This document shows positions 52,623 to 64,000 of a DNA stretch of 64,000 bases, piece by piece (the first letter of the stretch is position 1; every line of letters starts with the position of its first letter). Source of the stretch: the human T2T-CHM13v2.0 reference genome, Homo sapiens; NCBI RefSeq assembly GCF_009914755.1, contig NC_060942.1; one strand, given 5' to 3'. Under the pieces are notes generated by a model. It made no database searches. It saw only the letters and a list, made by a program, of their open reading frames with translations, and was not told the DNA's origin. The position numbers were made by a program, and so were the translations under genes.

Positions 52623-54866
52623 TGTATTAGTCCGGATTCATGCTGCTGATAAAGATATATCCGAGACTGGGAAGAAAAGGAGGTTTAATTGGACCTAACA
52701 GTTTTGCATGGCTGGGGAGGCCTCAGAATCATGACGGGAGGCGAAAGGCACTTCTTACATGGCGGCAGCAAGAGAGAATGAGGAAGAAGCAAAAGCGGAA
52801 ACCCTTGATAAACCCATCATATCTCATGAGACTTATTCACTATCATGAGAATAGTATGGGAAAGACTGGCCCCCATGATTCAACTACCTTCCCCTGGGTC
52901 CCTCCCATAACACGTGGGAATTCTGGGAGATACAAGTCAAGTTGACTTGTGGGAACACAGCCAAACTCTATCATCCTGCCCCTGACCCCTCCAAATCTCA
53001 CATCCCCACATTTCAAAACCAATCTTGCCTTCCCAATAGTCCCCCAAAGTCTTAACTCATTTCAGCATTAACCCAGAAGTCCACAGTCCAAAGTCTCATT
53101 TTAGGTAAGGCAAGTCCCTTCTGCCTGTGAGCCTGTAAAATCAAAAGCAAGCTAGTTACTTCCTAGTTACAATAAGGGTACAGGTATTGGGTAAATACAG
53201 CTGTTACAAATGGGAGAAATTGGCCAAAACAAAGGGGCTACAGGGCCTATGCAAGTCCAAAATCCAGCGAGGCAGTCAGATTTTAAAGCTTCAAAATGAT
53301 CTCCTTTGATCCCAGGTCTCACATCCGCGTCACACTGATGTAAGAGGTGGCTTCCTGTGGCCTTGGGCAGCTCCACTCCTGTGGCTTTGCAGGGTACAGC
53401 CTTCCTCCTGGCTGCTTGCACATGCTGGCATTGAGTGTCTGTGTCTTTTCCAGGCACACGGTACAGGCTGTCTGTGGATCTACCATTCTGTGGTCTGGAG
53501 GATGGTGGCCCTCTTCTCCCAGCTCCACTAGGCCATGCCCCAGTAGGGACTCTGTGTGGGGGCTCCCTAGCAGAGGTTCTCCATGAGGGCCCCGCCCCTG
53601 CAGCAAACTTTTGCCTGGGCATCTAGGCATTTCCATACATCTTCTGAAATCTAGGCGGAGGTTCCCAAACCTCAATTCTTGACTTCTGTGTACCCGCAGG
53701 CTCAACACCATGTGGAAGCTGCCAAGGCTTGGGGCTTCCACCCTCTGAAGTCACAGCCTGAACTGTATGTTGGCCCCTTTCAGCCACTTCTGGTGTGGCT
53801 GGGACACAGGGCACCAAGTCCCTAGGTTGCATACAGCACGGGGACCCTGGGCCCAGCCCACAAAACCACTTTTTCTTTCTGTGCCTCTGGGCCTGTGATG
53901 GGAGGGGCTGCTGTGAAGGTCTCTGACAAGGCCTGGAGACATTTTCCCCATGGTCTTGGAGATTAACATTAGGCTTCTTGCTATTTATGCATATTTCTGC
54001 AGCCAGCTTGAATTTCTCCTCAGAAAATGGGTTTTTCTTTTCTATTGCATAGTCAGCCTGCAAATTTTCCAAACTTTTATGCTCTGCTTCCCTTATACAA
54101 CTGAATGCCTTTAACAGCACCCAAGTCACCTTTGGATGCTTTGCTGCTTAGAAATTTCTTCCACCAGATACCCTAAATCATCTCTTTCAAGTTCAAAGTT
54201 CCACAAATCTTTAGGGCAGGGGCAAAATGTTGCCAGTCTCTTTGCTAAAACATAGCAAGAGTCAGTTTTGCTCCAGTTCCCAACAAGTTCCTCATCTCTG
54301 TCTGAGACCACCTCAGCCTGGATTTTATTGTCCTTATTGCTATCAGCATTTTGGGCAAAGCCATTTAACAAGTCTCTAGGAAGTTTCAAACTTTCCCACA
54401 TTTTCCTGTCTTCTTCTGAGCCCTTCAAACTGATCTGATTTCTGCCTGTTACCCAGTTCCAAAATCGCTTTCACATTTTCGAGTATCTTTTCAGCAGTGC
54501 TCCACTCTACTGATACCAATTTACTGTGTTAGACCATATTCACCCTGCTGATAAAGACATACCCGAGACTGGGAAGAAAATAGGTTTAATTGGACTTACA
54601 GTTCCACATGGCTGGGGAGGCCTCAGAATCGTGGCTGAGGGCAAAAGGCACTTCTTACAGGGCGGCAGCAAGGGAGAATGAGGAAGAAGCAAAAGCAGAA
54701 ACAAACCTATCAGATCTCGTGAGACTAATTCACTATCACGAGAATGGCACAGGAAAGGCCCTCATAATTCAATTACCTTCCGCTGGGTCCCTCCCACGAT
54801 ATGTGGGAATTCTGGGAGATACAATTCAAGTTGAGATTTGGGTGGCAACACAGCCAAACCAAATCA
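52623..54866 (-). mobile_element. Full-length THE1C-like MaLR (5' LTR 54525-54866, internal 52974-54524, 3' LTR 52623-52973)
   Basis: Two similar ~345-bp LTRs (tgtRttag...ca) with THE1C-type text around a ~1.55-kb THE1-int; perfect 5-bp TSD AGGGT at 52618-52622 and 54867-54871. Confidence 0.93.
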
Positions 54867-56604
54867 AGGGTTAAGAGTGGCATTGAGAAAATCAGAAATG
54901 CAGCAAGGGCATCAGGGATGCCGAATGCCCTTGTTCATAGTTTGGATTAGAGAATGCCAGCCCGCAGGAAGAAAGTCCCGTGGTGGGAACACCACTTTCA
55001 GAGGTGGGAAAGAGAAACTTACCACCTCTGCCACTTCTGCCCATGGCCTGAGACCTGGGCCTCGTCTCCGCCTGCTTGTTGGATTCTGTCTTCTGTGATT
55101 AGAGTTTATTAGTTTCTCATCAAGCAGACCTGTGGAGTCATATGGGATAAATACTTTGACGCTTTGCTTTAAACTCAAATGCGCTAGCAGCTCCGTCAGT
55201 TCATGCCTAGCACAGCATTGTCAAACTGCTAAAAAGCCAGCAAATTTTCCACCTAAAATTTTGTGGGGGAGGCCAGGGTGGGGGATGTGGGGAAAAGATG
55301 TAAAAATAAACCCTCAGATTCTGGGTTGCTTGGTGGTGTGTGTATTTTTCCGTGGTGCGGGAGGTTAGAAATAGCATTGCTTTTTATGGGATTCTCAGCA
55401 GCAGCTTGAAAATTTGGCTTTGAGGATTTGGTCTCCCTGTGTGGGTGAGGTGAGTCCTCTGGTGCGGTTTGGGGGGCAGTGCACCCCAGCACCTCCCTGT
55501 CCGTTTTCCGCCTTCCTGCCCCTGCTCGAGGCCACCCGGATGAGCTGTGCTCGAGTGTGAAACACGCTTTGCCAAGGTCAGGTTCCTGAGATGACTCGCC
55601 CGTGGCAGCTGGTGCCAGTGTTAACAGACTGCATCGCAGCAGTCCCCATAAGTCACATCAGTGCATCTGTGAGGGCAGTCGCAGGGAGGGGCGTCCTTTG
55701 GGGATGTGGCATGTCGGACGGGCTGTGCCTCTCAAGCCGATGTGAGACGACCTCCCCTTGACGTCCTGACATTGGTTGGGGGCGTGGGCTGCCCTTTCAA
55801 AGAGAGTCCTGAGGGATTCTTGAAATTTGTTATATAGTTCTTACAAATGGAGGGAGGTTGCAGCGTCCCTCTCAAGTGCAGTACAGAAGCGAAATGTGAA
55901 GGAGACAGGCACTGGGACAGTGTTTGTAAGCCCCAGGGGCCCAGGGGCATCTGTGAATTCCTTGAAATGTTGCCAGTTCCTGGGGAGAATGCCAGGGCTT
56001 TGATAGGATTCTCAGGAGGGTTTTGACCTCCAGAAAGGGTTAAGAGCACTTGCAGTGGAGCACAAGGTGTGTGGTTCATTTGGCTTGGGGCAGTCACTTC
56101 AGTGATGGTCAGATTGGAGGTGTCATGAGTGGGCAGAGGGTGACATGGACAGGCTTGCCGAGGACAGTCAGGGGACAGGATTCTGTTGTCAATTGTGTAA
56201 CTTAACATGGGGGCCATTGGAGGTGTCTGCTGGGCTTTTCCTTTGTAGGCTTTCTTCTTGAAATTCATATAATATTTTAAAGTTGGCGTGCTTCCTGCAG
56301 GAGGCTTCGTGGCGATGCTGGGTTAGCTTAGTGAGCTCAGTGCTTGGGAGAGGGTTCCGCTGTGCACAAGGGGTCTGGGGTCTGTCTGCTTAGCCTGACG
56401 CTTTAACAGTTTCCCTCTTTTTGTCCTGGGATCTGGTTTGCTGGGGCTGTCCACATTTTTCCATGTCTTTCTTGAAACTCGGGGGTTGTGGTAGGGAAGT
56501 CAAGGCTGCACCCTTGTTAGAGAATGGTGGGGGAAACTCAAGCCAGTCCTTCAACTCAGCTTTCACAGCACACTGTTAACTTTGTTTCTCAAACTTTTTG
56601 TCCC

Positions 56605-57050
56605 TTTAAAAAAAACTGTGGTAAGATATACATAATGTGGAGAAGTTGGAACCCTTCTGTGTTGCTGGAAAAAATGTAAAATGGTTCAGTTGCTATGGAA
56701 ACAGTATATTTTAACCATTTTTAAGCGTACGGTTCTGTGGCATTAAGTACATTCACGTTGTGCAACCATCACCACCATCCATTTCCAGAACTCTCTCCAT
56801 TTTCCCAAACCAAAACTGTGTACCCATTAAACATTAACTCTGCATTCCCTCTCCCTCCAGCCGCTGACACCCATGGTTCTACTTTCTGTCTCTATGATTT
56901 TGACTGCTCTACATACCTCATAAGTGGAATCATGCAGTATTTGTCCTTTTGTGTCTAGTGTATTTCACTTAGCATAAAGTCTTCAGGGTTCACACACATT
57001 GGAGCCTATCTCAGAATCTCCTTCCATTTTAAAGCTGACTCATATTATGT
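56605..57050 (-). mobile_element. L1MB-like 3' end with an inverted internal insert (56635-56707)
   Basis: Antisense L1MB text (tgtggtaagatatacataa...attttaaccatttttaagcgtac...catcaccaccatccatttccagaac) interrupted by sense L1 ORF2-end text. Confidence 0.8.
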
Positions 57051-57118
57051 TGTCCTTGGAACAGGAAGACGAGAGCTAGAGATACAGTTGGAAAAGAAAG
57101 TTAGGGTCAAACTATAGA

Positions 57119-57353
57119 GTTTTGTTATTTATTTATTTTTAGAGACAGGGTCTTGCTTTGCCACCCAGGCTGGAGTGCAGTGGCACAATCATAGCTCACT
57201 GCAGCCTCAACTTACTGGTTCAAGCAATCTTCCTGCCTCAGCCTCCTGAGTAGTTGGGAATACAGGTGTGTGTCACCATGCCCAGCTAACTTTTAAAATG
57301 TTTTGTAGAGATGAGGTCTCACTATGTTGCCCGGGCTGGCCTCGACCTCCTGG
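57119..57353 (-). mobile_element. AluJ-like, 5'-truncated, within an L2-like fragment
   Basis: tagagacagggtcttgc...atcatagctcactgcagcctcaac; stops at cgacctcctgg. Confidence 0.88.
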
Positions 57354-59330
57354 CGCCATGAGGTTTTGAATGCTCTGCATAGATTATCCCATACGATGTG
57401 GGAACCACTGCACTTTTCAGAGGAGACAGTGTCATTAGATGCGTGTTTAGGAAGCTGAGTCTGGTGGCTGAGGGTGGGAGTCAGTGGAGAAGGAGACGGA
57501 AGCTGAGAGGGCCAGCCAGGAAGGACAGTGAGGAGCTGTCCCTGGCCTGGGGGACAGGGCCTGAGCTGAAGCAACAGCTGTGGAGAAGAGGCCTGGGGTG
57601 GAGGGATCCGTGCGCCGATTGTGTTGGTAGCTGGAATGTGCAGGGCAGGTGGGGCAGAAGGTGGATTGCAGAGTGACTTTTGGGCTTCAGTCTTGGGTAA
57701 AGAGAAGGTGGTCTGAGCGGAGACAGCAGCCTAGGAGGTGGCGCTCACTCCGAGTGGAGAGCCTGGACCAGCCCGTGTGGCTGGATGCGTCTGGAGGGCA
57801 AATGTGGGGAAATGACTGGAGATTGGCTAGAAAGCAGTCAGGCTGGGAGAAGTCACCACACACAGAGACTTGGTGTCACCCGCAACAGCACAATCCCCAC
57901 CAGGACGTAGAGGAAATAAGAAAGCAGCCCTCTGGAGAGCAGGAGAAGTCTGCAAATATCTTAGTATATCTTTCTATGAAATACTGTCCCATAAAGTACA
58001 GAAAGATACACTCAGATGTCTTGATCTTGGTGCTGTAATGACATTTATTATAGTATAATCAGGATGATCTGTTCTGTTATCAAGTTTTTGTTTGTTTTTC
58101 ATGATTTTTCAAAAAACAGTTGTTAACACTTTTTAACGTTTAGCCCAGGTAGGAGGATCACTGAAGGCCATGAGTTTAAACAGTAAGGTTGAAATGAGTT
58201 TGCCTTCTGTATCTCTTGAGTTGTATCTGATAAAGAGAAACTACCCGGTGCTTCCCTCTGGAGAGTGGGTGCAGGGTGGGGACATCCTCTGGATAAGTAA
58301 TTGGCTGGTGACTACGACGGCGCCACCCTATGGTGTGGGCTTCTGTAACCTTCTCCACTGTCTGCCCTCAGGTTATGGGGTGGGGCGGGAGGTGCCCAAA
58401 TTCTTATTCCTACACTCTTCTGATTTCACATTGAACTTAGTGTGGATGGATGGAGAGAGAAACACTTATTATGAGGATTGGATTTAGTCCCAATTGAAAC
58501 CTGGTAATCAAATATTTATTTCAGAGAAAATGCAAGTAATTAATATAAGCTTCCTACAATTTAGAATAATTAGTGGAAGAATGACTAGAAAATACTGACA
58601 TTGGTTCAATACAGAGAAAAACGTTAAAAACCTTATCTCACAAGAGGCAAAGACATTAAGGCAAAATGTACCTGCATAACTAGTTTTAATTTAGTAATTT
58701 GGGTGTTTAGGTATTTTTAGAAAATCTCATATAAACGTAGAAGCCGTCAGATAAATGACCAGATGCTACTATTATCCTCTCCAAAGTGATCACTCTATTC
58801 CGTGAAGAAGGTGGAATGGGAACAATTACTAATTTGTATTCCTTTCACATTTTGAACTGAGGATTTACTTCTGTAGTAATCCTAATTGTAATATTTGGGT
58901 GGTGGTTTTAATCAGTAAAATGTCTGGCAGTTTTATAATCCTCTAGATAAATGTGAGTTGAATGTAATGCAGAATGAAATAGGCAAATGTCCCAACCTCA
59001 ACTTCAGGTGAATAAAGGAAAATGATATCCTTTTAGCCACCTTCCATTAGCTTAGCCAAAATTACACTGATAAAGGTCTCTTCCCTATCTGTTTAAAGGA
59101 CACGTGTATTGAAACTGAAAGATTAGTTTAGCTATCCATATTAGAGTTGTTTATATTAAAATTGTGTCCAATTTATAGTAAAGAAAAATTTAGTTGCTAA
59201 TAGGACCAGATACACAACTTTGGCTATTTCAAGTTAAAATATTGCTGAAAAATTCTATTTCAACAATCTAAAAATAATCTGTAAAGGTGTTAGCGCAATA
59301 TAGTGACTATGAAAGAAAAGCCATGCAGAA

Positions 59331-59694
59331 GTCACTCTGCAAGGTGAGTCATGGGGCCACAGTAGCAGCCCCACAGACCGTGGTCACTCTGCAAGGTGAG
59401 TCACGGGGCCATGGTAGCAGCCCCGCAGACCGTGGTCACTCTGCAAGGTGAGTCACGGGGCCACGGTAGCAGCCCCACAGACCGTGGTCACTCTGCAAGG
59501 TGAGTCACGGGGCCACGGTAGCAGCCCCACAGACCGTGGTCACTCTGCAAGGTGAGTCACGGGGCCATGGTAGCAGCCCCGCAGACCGTGGTCACTCTGC
59601 AAGGTGAGTCACGGGGCCACGGTAGCAGCCCCACAGACCGTGGTCACTCTGCAAGGTGAGTCACGGGGCCACGGTAGCAGCCCTGCAGACCGTG
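59331..59694. repeat. 52-bp minisatellite, 7 copies
   Basis: Unit GTCACTCTGCAAGGTGAGTCACGGGGCCACGGTAGCAGCCCCACAGACCGTG starting at 59331, 59383, 59435, 59487, 59539, 59591 and 59643. Confidence 0.97.
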
Positions 59695-62191
59695 GCAATT
59701 GACCGCACCTTCTGCACTGTGATGACACCCGCAAAGCATGAGGACCTCCTGATATGACTGTCCTACTTAGAAGCACTTAAAACACCACCTAGGAAAGAAA
59801 TGAACAAGCACAGAGCTTTGGCAGGAGAACTTAGGCACTGTGGAAACAGCCTCATCCAAGCCCCAAGCCTTCAGGCATTTTGACATCTGGGGACTTTTAG
59901 AAACACCAGTCAGGCCTCATAAGGAGCTGGGACTCTGTTCCTCTTTGCAACAATTCAGAAGGCTCCACTGCTTGGTATTTTCCACATGGCTGTAAAGGTC
60001 CCAGCACTGGAGCTGTTTAGCAGTTGTTTTGAATATGCTCTTGTGTCAGTCTTCTGAGTTCTAAAAGTAAAATTGTTCAGTTCCAGCACGCATAATGGTT
60101 TAGTTCCTAGGGACTTAAATCACATCATATTCACTTTCTCATTTGTCTCATTGCATAGGTGTATAAACTGAGGAAATGAGAGATTATTTGAGGCCTAGAC
60201 TATTTGTGGTGACTAACAGTGTTAAAGGGAGTAAAAGCATTTTGTAGATTGCAGAACATTGAACTGTTCAAGGATTCATAAGTGTGTAAATATAAGTAGA
60301 ATTTAGTACTATATGGCCAGTTACTTGACTAATCACTTAACACGAAATCTTCAGGAGTGTCATCTGTCTTTAATTTACAGTTGAACAAAAACACCGACTC
60401 CATCTTTTGGGAGCTTCAGTGAAGAAAGCATAAATAAGACTGTGATGAAGTTTGCTAGCTGGCCACTGTCATACTTTGCAAAGTAAAAGAGAGATGAGTC
60501 ATTGCTAAAATTATGGGGCCGTCTGTCTCTATGCTCAGCCACAGACCCAGCTGTGTCCAGTCCTGAGCCATTGGGACTGCCGTGGAGAGATGGGAGGTGG
60601 AGAGAACAGCTGGGTTGCAGAATGCCAGATGTAAATTCCTTCTTGCTGAAGTTGGGTGCTCGAGCTTCTAGAGGTGAAGACTTGTCTTCAAGAATAGGCT
60701 TCCTCCTACATGAAGAATAATCCCATCATATCTCAGCCTTCCTTGTGATATTGGGGGCTCCTGGAAGAGGTTCAGCAGCCTCTAGGAGAACCATGGGAAC
60801 ATTCTGGATGTTCCGGTCAGGACAGCAGATTCCTGCCCTTCCCATACCCTGTTGGGGAGTTTTACTGTGTGGGCAGACGTGGTGGGCTCAGTAACTGTGT
60901 GGGGCTGTACCCTGTGGGGAGACCTCAGTCCTCCCATCTGAGCACAGCTGGAGGAGCCGGCAGGGCCTGGGTAGTTGGTGCCTCCCCTTTGCTGATGGGG
61001 CACCCATTCTTCCCCCTGGTTATTGTCAAACTAGATGATTCTGTTTCCCCATAATTCTCAGGGTCCTCAGTGCCTTGATCCTTGAAGAGGAAGAGGGGCT
61101 GGGGATTCCTTCCTGTCCCTGGTTTTCCATAGAAAAGTATCAGTTAACCTTTTACATACCTAAAATGTTTGGCTTGCAGATAGTTTCAGAGTTTGTAGCA
61201 GCCTCCTGTCCATTAATCGTTGTTTATATCTTAAGCATTCTCCAACTATCTCAATATATCTTAACTTATTCTGGGTAAAATGATCCTGAACCATAGAACC
61301 CTAAATTATGCACTTTTTGCTTGGCTGGAAGAATTGATAGCTATTGAAAGTTTCCACTAATTTGCTTTCTTCATTTGCTTGTTTTTCTTTCTTTATTCTT
61401 CAGACAGGTATTCTTTAAAAAAAAAAAAGATCTGCGTTTGTTTTAGGCATTTTTTGGCACCTGCTTCTTGCACATGTAAAAAATTAGGGTATCTTAAAAG
61501 AGTTTTGTTGTTTACCTTCAGATGTGTGAGCTACTCCTGATTTGTGGATTTAGTGAGATATAAAACTAAAGTAGAAGTCAGGTGCTGGTGCATTCTCAGA
61601 AGTTAGATTATACCAGAAGAACAGAAACACCTTTTATCCATTAATTTAAATCACAGTTCATTTATACCAGACTTTGCCTCTAAGATCATTGGCCTATAAG
61701 AATATCTGAGGGTGCAGTCTACATAAGGACCACACTTTCAACCCCAGTGAACAGACCCGCAGGCCCTGCTCTGCACCGTGGCTTCCTGAGAGAAAGGCAG
61801 CTCTGCCCAGGGGCCCAGTCAGCCCTTCTTTTGTGACACATGGGGATTTTAATTTCCTGGGGCTAACTAAACTCTGAAGTATTTTCTCAGTTTATGATCA
61901 ATAGCAAAACTAAATAAACCTAAAACAGGCTGTTTACCAAGTCTGGATGGAGTTTGGGCCTCTGAGTCACAGCACAGTATCTGCTCAGGAGCGTGTCTGA
62001 AGAGTGGCACACACATCCACGCCGCCTCTCCTTCCCCAGCCGGTCTGTTTGCTGACGTCTTTACACCTCTCCAACTGAGGCTCAATCTGTTGTGCTCCAG
62101 AAAACAAAATGACAAATGACATAATCAGCCACAAAGCCCTCTGCCACCAACAGAGGTGTTGGAAGGCAAAAGCAATTGTTAGTTTGGAAGC

Positions 62192-62300
62192 TCATTCACT
62201 CATTCACTTATTTATTCAATACATAGTTATTGAGTATTTGCTGAAGGAAACTATAAAATGTTGGCGCTGGCAAAAGCCTTGGACAAATCAAATTGTACAG
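62192..62300 (-). mobile_element. L2 3' tail
   Basis: tcattcactcattcacttatttattcaatacatagttattgagtatttg. Confidence 0.55.
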
Positions 62301-64000
62301 TTGCAGAGGGTGAGGCGCAGATGGCTGTGATGATCGGGCTGTGGTTGCAGAACGTGTAGCTTGAGCTGCGGGGACCTGGCCGGGTCCCTGGGTGTCTGGA
62401 GCACCTCTCACCTCCTCACAGGCACAGCTCTTCCTTCGCCCACAGTAGGCTCTGCAGGCTGGCCCGTCTGAATCCCAGCTGAGTTACCCCAAAGCCACAA
62501 CTAGATCTGAAGACTCTCAGGAACAATGAGGGTCTCATCAGTATAAGTGTGATCGATCTTTAAAAACTCCTGAATTTTAACGAAGCAATGTTTCTGAGGA
62601 ATTAGAATGTGCCATTTCATGACCAATGTAATTTTCTCTTGCATTCTTGAGCGTACAATTTTTCTTGAAGATTGTGCTTTTTTATGCTTAAGATTGACTG
62701 GGTATACCAAGCAGAGGTCCCAGCATGGGGCGTTTTTCATTTACCAGGAAAATATGGCCCTGAAATCTGTTGGGCTGACTGCTTGGTTACTTTTTGAGCC
62801 AATTTGATGAAATTTTGGAAGATATCCCAGTGAAACGAAATTTTCCCTTCTAGGCTACCAAACAGAAGTTGGGTGTTTTTAGTGTAGTCTGTCCACATGC
62901 ATTTGCTGTGTGCCCTTCAGAGGTGCAGCTGGGGTCAGTGAAGCACTGTGGGATTCAGAAGTTCCCTGGCCTCTAGGAGCTTGCCGGCTGTCTGGCTGTG
63001 GGGTGGATGGAGATAATGGTAGAGCATGTCTGCAGGCCAGATTACTCTCCTCATTCACTGGCTTGGGTGCTTCAGTGGCACGTGGCAAACAGCAGCACTG
63101 GGTGCACCTTGCTGTGCTCATAGACTGTCTGTGGGTGGGCTGCTGGCACAATGCCTGGGCGTGCCCTGGGCATATTTGTGGCCCTGTGATCTGCGCTCTG
63201 TTCCTGTCACTTTCTCCCACTAATTCAGATGGTTATGTGGCTTGAGATGATGGCAGGTCAGGAACATTAGAGTTATAAAATATTTTTGGCATTTAGAAAC
63301 ATTCTAGACATTCTCCCATCCGTAGGCTGTGGGTTAGCCCTTACAATATCCCATGAAATGAAACATCTCCAGTACGTTTTGAGAAAGGAGAGAGGATGCC
63401 ATTGGGGTGGGCTTTCTCAGGCCCAGTTCTGTCATGGAAATGTTGAAAACCTTTACAAATCATGCCTCTAGGTGCAGAAATTGAAGCATAAGGGAGCCCT
63501 AGGAGGGACTGAATACCATGAGGCGTGGAAAGATCTTTCTTGGTTTCTGCTTTCTTCACTTAGCAGCACAGTGTTTTCTGGTTATTGCATGGAGGATTTA
63601 TTTTGCAATTAATGAGGCAGCAGTAGGTGGCCTTCTACTTTGTGGGAGATCAACACTCCTGATACAAGTTTTTCATTGGCGATCCCGTTACTGAATTGCC
63701 TCAATAATTCCAGGGCACAAAGGCCACTGGAGAGAGATCTAGGAGTTTTCCAACCCCGGGGATGCCCGGAAATGAGACGATGACGGAGGCCATGCGGATT
63801 CCACGAGTTCAGCGAGGTCTTGGAGAGAATGCCCTGGAGGCAGGCGAGCTTTGGTTCTGGGGCTCGAGCACCACGTCCCAGGAATGCTGTGAACCTTCAC
63901 TGCTGACATCTTAACTTAAAAGGTGGATGCATGCTGAAAACACAAACTTGAAATCACTGGTTGAGCTCTTGGCTACATTACAGTTTTTGACAGTCTTTGA

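Noticed and set aside
53167-54428. Minus-strand ORFs of 100-168 aa
   Set aside because: Fragments of the disrupted THE1 internal ORF.
59331-59694. CRISPR array or genuine tandem micro-exon gene
   Set aside because: No unique spacers; the 33-nt GT-AG spacers are too short to be introns and lack a good polypyrimidine tract.

Overview
Primate (almost certainly human) genomic DNA, almost entirely intronic and rich in Alu, L1, L2, MIR, MaLR and hAT repeats. No prokaryotic genes, CRISPR arrays or conventional multi-exon CDS are visible. From memory, not from a search, the window looks like the 5' region of LDLRAD4 (C18orf1, chr18p11.21) on the + strand. Two things support this: an ATG-free 84-nt exon with clean splice sites at 48856-48939, and the 181-aa ORF at 10926-11471, which I recall as the dubious C18orf15 product; BLAT should confirm it. 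Most ORFs in the supplied track are repeat-derived or chance. The most notable structures are: (1) a 7 x 52-bp minisatellite in which every unit has a perfect AP-1 site overlapping a consensus sense-strand 5' splice site, plus a CAGAC SMAD box and a hairpin; (2) a ~48 x 30-bp CpG-rich VNTR with a polarised variant code; (3) an exact 18-bp direct repeat giving two perfect ROR/REV-ERB elements; (4) candidate uAUG-bearing cassette exons; (5) an old L1 with twin-priming inversion geometry and a nested ~63-nt L1; (6) a full-length antisense THE1C with a perfect TSD. I see no clear evidence of a new coding system; the regulatory and splicing ideas are hypotheses.
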